DNA of 38,089 bases from a virus (Duplodnaviria; Caudoviricetes): the IMG/VR virus record IMGVR_UViG_3300001866_000025, positions 1 through 38,089 of that record. One strand, written 5' to 3'. The notes under the pieces are model-generated. The model saw nothing but the letters and a program-made list of their open reading frames with translations, did no database searches and was not told the origin of the DNA. Numbering within the stretch: the first letter of the stretch is position 1; each line of letters begins with the position of its first letter. A program made the position numbers and the translations under genes. Below, one piece after another: positions 34,763-38,089 of the stretch.

Positions 34763-35319
34763 AATGCCTCAAGTTATCCCACTCGATAATATCGCAGTGG
34801 AAAGAGGGCCGGTATGAAGAATCAATCGCCAGTTACTTAGGTAAACCGTTACCAGCGACACCGGCGATGGAACTAGGCAAACTCTATGACCGAAAGTGGA
34901 ACAAACACATTCTTGAGACTAGCGAGTTACCACCTGAACTTGGCGGCGGATTGCTAACAGAGCCGAGAGTACAAATTAAATATCAAGTGCTGATACCTTT
35001 CAGCGAAGAATATCAGATATTGATTCGTGGTGTACCTGATTTAACAGAGCCTCATTGTATAACCGATTTTAAGTGCGGCCGGACAGAAGCTAACCAGTAT
35101 GTTGGGAAGATGCAACTGGATTATTACTCACTATTTATTCCGACCGCAACGACAGGTATATACAGGTGCTTCAACCCCTATACTAATAGTCTGACCGTAG
35201 GAGTAAAATACTTAAACGAACAAAACCGAGAAGATGCCATTAACGAAATAGTGACTTATGGCGGCGATATACTACAATATTTATTAAGTAATAAACTATT
35301 TATAGATTATAAAGGATAG
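34759..35319 (+). CDS. PD-(D/E)XK exonuclease-like protein
   Basis: LSHS, AMELG, IRGVPDL...ITDFKCG...QLDYY. Confidence 0.75.
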   Translation: MKCLKLSHSIISQWKEGRYEESIASYLGKPLPATPAMELGKLYDRKWNKHILETSELPPELGGGLLTEPRVQIKYQVLIPFSEEYQILIRGVPDLTEPHCITDFKCGRTEANQYVGKMQLDYYSLFIPTATTGIYRCFNPYTNSLTVGVKYLNEQNREDAINEIVTYGGDILQYLLSNKLFIDYKG

Positions 35320-35322
35320 ATT

Positions 35323-35394
35323 ATGAATATATACGACACAGATATGGAAGCCGAAGTAGAGTTCAATAAGTTGATTGATGAGTTGAGCGAATAA
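35323..35394 (+). CDS. 23-aa acidic peptide
   Basis: AAGGA SD; TAATG overlap with the methyltransferase. Confidence 0.45.
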   Translation: MNIYDTDMEAEVEFNKLIDELSE

Positions 35395-37052
35395 TGCGAT
35401 ATTTTTCAACATTTAGTGGAATAGGTGGGTTTGAAGTCGGTATTGAAAATGCTTCAGCCGGACAACATGAAGTCGTTGGCTATTCTGAGATAGATAAGTT
35501 TGCAATTAAAGTTTATGAAAATCATTTCAAAGGGGTAAAAAATTATGGAGACATTACAAAAATCAACGCAGACGAGCTTCCTGACTTCGACTGTCTCGTC
35601 GGGGGATTCCCTTGCCAAGCTTTTAGCATCGCTGGAAAACGAAAAGGATTTAACGATACCAGAGGGACACTGTTCTTTGACCTTGCGAGAATACTGCGAG
35701 CAAAACAACCTCGACTATTCGTCTTTGAAAACGTTAAAGGATTGTTATCTCATGACTCGGGAAACACTATTAAAACCATCTTCGCCACGCTTGATGAACT
35801 CGGGTATGACCTACAATGGCAAATTATTAACAGCAAAAATCACGGAGTCCCCCAAAACCGAGAACGAGTTATCATTGTCGGACATCTTAGAGGAACACCC
35901 CGACCCCAAGTATTTCCTTTCCGAGAAAATGACAACTCACTTACTAAAAAGAACGGATACCAAGTATCGGAGTCCGCAATTAGTGGAACACTCACCGCAA
36001 CCGACGCAAAAATGCACCTAGACGGAACATACATCAGACAGTTGAATCAACCAACCCACTCAAACGACAGAGTCTATGGCGATGATGGTATCAGCCCAGC
36101 ATTAAACACAATGCAAGGTGGTAATAGACAGCCTTTCGTAAAAGTTCCAGAAGCCACCAAAAAAGGCTACGCAGAAGCTAGTGTCGGTCAAGCGATCAAC
36201 TTATCAGTACCGAACAGCAAAACACGCAGAGGCAGGGTATCGGACATAGCACCTACTGTTGATACTGGTATGCAGCTTCATACTCTGACTGAAGATGTCA
36301 GAATCAGACGATTAACCCCGATGGAGTGTGAAAGATTACAAGGATTTCCTGACCGACATACTGAGTTTGGTATAGATACCACTAGCTTTGTATCATATAA
36401 TAAGTATGGTAAAATAGTAGTATGCAAGACATCAAAGTTAAAGAATACGCCAAATGTTCGATTGAAGATTGCGACCGACAGCGAAAAACAAATATTGGGT
36501 ATTGCCTTATGCACTACAAGCGGTGGAAACGACACGGGTCAACCACTAAAATCATACGACATGATAACTCAGGGCAACCGTGTAAGTATTGCGATAAGCC
36601 GATTGGAAAATGCGGAGCAGACGGAATGTGTAATCAACATTACCAAATGCGACGACTCCACGGAGACCCACTATACATGGAAAAAAAGCGTAGCAAACCA
36701 GGACATAGCGGATATTTTCGTCATAGAGACGGACAGCCAGCCCATCGGAGAATTATTGAAGAAAGTCTGGGCAGAAAACTGGACACATCAGAGATTGTCC
36801 ACCACATTAACTGCAATAAAACAGATAACCGATTGGATAACCTCCATATTACTGACAGAGCGAACCACGCTCGTCTCCATAGAGTTATCGCCAATTACAT
36901 CGGAAAAGGGTACGATATTTCAGATTTACAGTTTGACGGAACAACATATCGAATCAATAAGTGATTCTTCTCGCTACAAGATGTGCGGCAACGCAGTAAC
37001 TACAAATGTAATTAGAGATGTGTTTGAAAGGATATTTAGTAGTGAATCATAG
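35394..37052 (+). CDS. C5 cytosine DNA methyltransferase with a ~200-aa insertion between motifs IX and X
   Basis: FSGIGG, GFPCQAFS, ENVKGLL, PQNRERV, RRLTPMECERLQGFPD, RYKMCGNAV. Confidence 0.93.
   Translation: MRYFSTFSGIGGFEVGIENASAGQHEVVGYSEIDKFAIKVYENHFKGVKNYGDITKINADELPDFDCLVGGFPCQAFSIAGKRKGFNDTRGTLFFDLARILRAKQPRLFVFENVKGLLSHDSGNTIKTIFATLDELGYDLQWQIINSKNHGVPQNRERVIIVGHLRGTPRPQVFPFRENDNSLTKKNGYQVSESAISGTLTATDAKMHLDGTYIRQLNQPTHSNDRVYGDDGISPALNTMQGGNRQPFVKVPEATKKGYAEASVGQAINLSVPNSKTRRGRVSDIAPTVDTGMQLHTLTEDVRIRRLTPMECERLQGFPDRHTEFGIDTTSFVSYNKYGKIVVCKTSKLKNTPNVRLKIATDSEKQILGIALCTTSGGNDTGQPLKSYDMITQGNRVSIAISRLENAEQTECVINITKCDDSTETHYTWKKSVANQDIADIFVIETDSQPIGELLKKVWAENWTHQRLSTTLTAIKQITDWITSILLTERTTLVSIELSPITSEKGTIFQIYSLTEQHIESISDSSRYKMCGNAVTTNVIRDVFERIFSSES
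35545..36021 (+). CDS. overlapping +1-frame ORF, EcoHK31I beta-polypeptide-like
   Basis: 158 aa inside the methyltransferase; AAGGGG SD-like site; SSPRLMNSGM and LSLSDILEEHPDPKYFLSEK. Confidence 0.7.
   Translation: METLQKSTQTSFLTSTVSSGDSLAKLLASLENEKDLTIPEGHCSLTLREYCEQNNLDYSSLKTLKDCYLMTRETLLKPSSPRLMNSGMTYNGKLLTAKITESPKTENELSLSDILEEHPDPKYFLSEKMTTHLLKRTDTKYRSPQLVEHSPQPTQKCT
36422..36964 (+). CDS. HNH endonuclease nested in the +2 frame of the methyltransferase
   Basis: CSIEDC...CLMHYKRWKRHG, HRRIIEESLGRKL...IVHHINCNKTDNRLDNL; TGGTAAAAT 6 nt before the ATG. Confidence 0.9.
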   Translation: MQDIKVKEYAKCSIEDCDRQRKTNIGYCLMHYKRWKRHGSTTKIIRHDNSGQPCKYCDKPIGKCGADGMCNQHYQMRRLHGDPLYMEKKRSKPGHSGYFRHRDGQPAHRRIIEESLGRKLDTSEIVHHINCNKTDNRLDNLHITDRANHARLHRVIANYIGKGYDISDLQFDGTTYRINK

Positions 37053-37533
37053 ACAATTAAATCAGCCGGACAGTATGAAATCAGCAAGTTGCCCGAAATG
37101 CGGTTGCAAACGATTATTATACAAGTCCGGTTGTTTAATTTGTACAGACTGCAATCATACCATTGGTAGGACGTTTAACAAGTATGGGGCTAAACGAACC
37201 GAGTTCAATGGCAAAATATTTGATTCCAAGTTTGAGGCTAATGTCGCACAAGATTTACATACTAGAAAATTGGCTGGTGACATTAAAGACTACGATACTC
37301 AATTCCGATTAGACGTGAATATCTATAACTCAAAAAATGAGATAGTCTGCACCAAGCGGCATAAAGTTGATTTCAGGATTTTACATAATGACGGATCGTA
37401 CGAACTTTTAGAGGCAAAAGGAGTCATTACCGCTGATTACCAGTGGAGACGAGATATTGTTGTAGGTATATGGCTATCTGAGCATAAAGATTATATTTAC
37501 ACTGTTATAAAAAACATAAGCAGAAAGTATTGA
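37018..37533 (+). CDS. DUF1064-like PD-(D/E)XK endonuclease with N-terminal zinc ribbon (start uncertain)
   Basis: NKYGAKRTEFNGKIFDSKFEA...VDF...LEAKG; CPKC...CTDC. Confidence 0.8.
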   Translation: MCLKGYLVVNHRQLNQPDSMKSASCPKCGCKRLLYKSGCLICTDCNHTIGRTFNKYGAKRTEFNGKIFDSKFEANVAQDLHTRKLAGDIKDYDTQFRLDVNIYNSKNEIVCTKRHKVDFRILHNDGSYELLEAKGVITADYQWRRDIVVGIWLSEHKDYIYTVIKNISRKY

Positions 37534-37558
37534 CTTATTATATCGTGTATGCTAAACT
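37530..37558 (+). promoter_or_regulatory. sigma70 promoter
   Basis: TTGACT-17-TAAACT with extended TG. Confidence 0.75.
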
Positions 37559-37565
37559 GAAGCTA

Positions 37566-37776
37566 TCAGTCCATAGAAAGATTGACGCAGCGAGCGATAA
37601 GAATAGTCCAGCCGAATGACTACCGAGTGAATAAGGCAACTCGCAACAAAAACATTAACAACTTGATTACCTACAAGAGACCAACCAACCGAGTCGGACG
37701 TGCAATCCGTTCCACGGTGTAGGACTGCGAGCCTACATCAAATCGCGTCAAGGTGGTTTCTCGCAGGTAATCAAGA
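37566..37776 (+). ncRNA. candidate structured leader RNA (~210 nt)
   Basis: several stems including an 11-bp perfect helix 37662-37672/37765-37775 that encloses two hairpins. Confidence 0.6.
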
Positions 37777-37791
37777 GAAAAGGAGACAGCA

Positions 37792-38007
37792 ATGTCAAAA
37801 AAAGAAACAAACCAAACAAAAAAAGAAGTAAAAACTTATACCAAAAAAGAAGTGTTTGTAGCGATCTTGCCCTGGGCAATAATCTACACGCTAGTATTAT
37901 CAGTATCATTGATAATCGGTATGTGGTTTTACACTTGCAACTCAATGGGTGCATATAACCATAATGTACAAGATGCAGCACTCACGATTGTTAAAAGTTT
38001 AAAATAA
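37792..38007 (+). CDS. single-pass membrane protein, likely extended by a -1 frameshift
   Basis: AAGGAG SD, TM helix, T_TTA_AAA at the stop codon followed by a hairpin. Confidence 0.75.
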   Translation: MSKKETNQTKKEVKTYTKKEVFVAILPWAIIYTLVLSVSLIIGMWFYTCNSMGAYNHNVQDAALTIVKSLK

Positions 38008-38089
38008 TACGCCCTATAAACAAGCAGGGCGAGGCAATAAAGAAAGACGAAGTTATAGCCGTTTTAGAACCTGAACAGCCACAGAACGC

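Noticed and set aside
36354-36971. Intein or group I intron in the C5 methyltransferase
   Set aside because: No His-Asn/Gln followed by Cys/Ser/Thr at the downstream junction, the HNH is in a different frame, and no non-coding space remains for a ribozyme core.
37685-37740. tRNA gene
   Set aside because: Only a T-arm-like hairpin is present; no acceptor stem, D arm or anticodon arm in tRNA spacing. Kept as part of the structured leader.
1-38089. Stop-codon reassignment (code 25 or 15)
   Set aside because: Conserved genes are intact in code 11 and end at TGA, TAG and TAA with normal overlaps.
1-38089. Terminal repeats indicating a complete circular genome
   Set aside because: No overlap between the window ends was seen, and the right end falls inside an open frame.

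Overview
This window is most of a ~38 kb tailed dsDNA phage genome with a podovirus-like, P22-style layout in genetic code 11. The host is plausibly Patescibacteria/Saccharibacteria, but that is inference. Order of modules: mosaic small early genes with an MT-A70 methyltransferase and an HNH-AP2 endonuclease; ParB-N6 methyltransferase, TerS, TerL and a zinc-ribbon protein; portal, scaffold, major capsid and decoration proteins; fibre, adaptor, nozzle and ejection proteins; an inverted GroES-GroEL operon; second fibre and lysis genes; a leftward replication-initiator operon; a divergent control region; a Rad52/Sak recombinase operon, a C5 methyltransferase and a DUF1064-like nuclease. No integrase, protein repressor, polymerase, tRNA or CRISPR array was recognised. 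The main unexplained signal is an apparent RNA-based regulatory architecture. (1) A ~75-nt minus-strand sRNA candidate (33369-33442) has its own promoter at the divergent switch, and its loop is antisense to a CATAGAAAG(G) hairpin loop in three early leaders. (2) Six late-gene promoters are followed directly by a GAG(C/T)-loop hairpin and a U-rich tract, and the first copy sits next to a Com-like zinc-ribbon gene. (3) The C5 methyltransferase gene uses all three forward frames: it contains an EcoHK31I-beta-like ORF and a nested HNH that leaves the host frame open. There are also further structured RNA candidates and a likely -1 frameshift. All protein and RNA calls were made by eye; no searches or folding programs were run.
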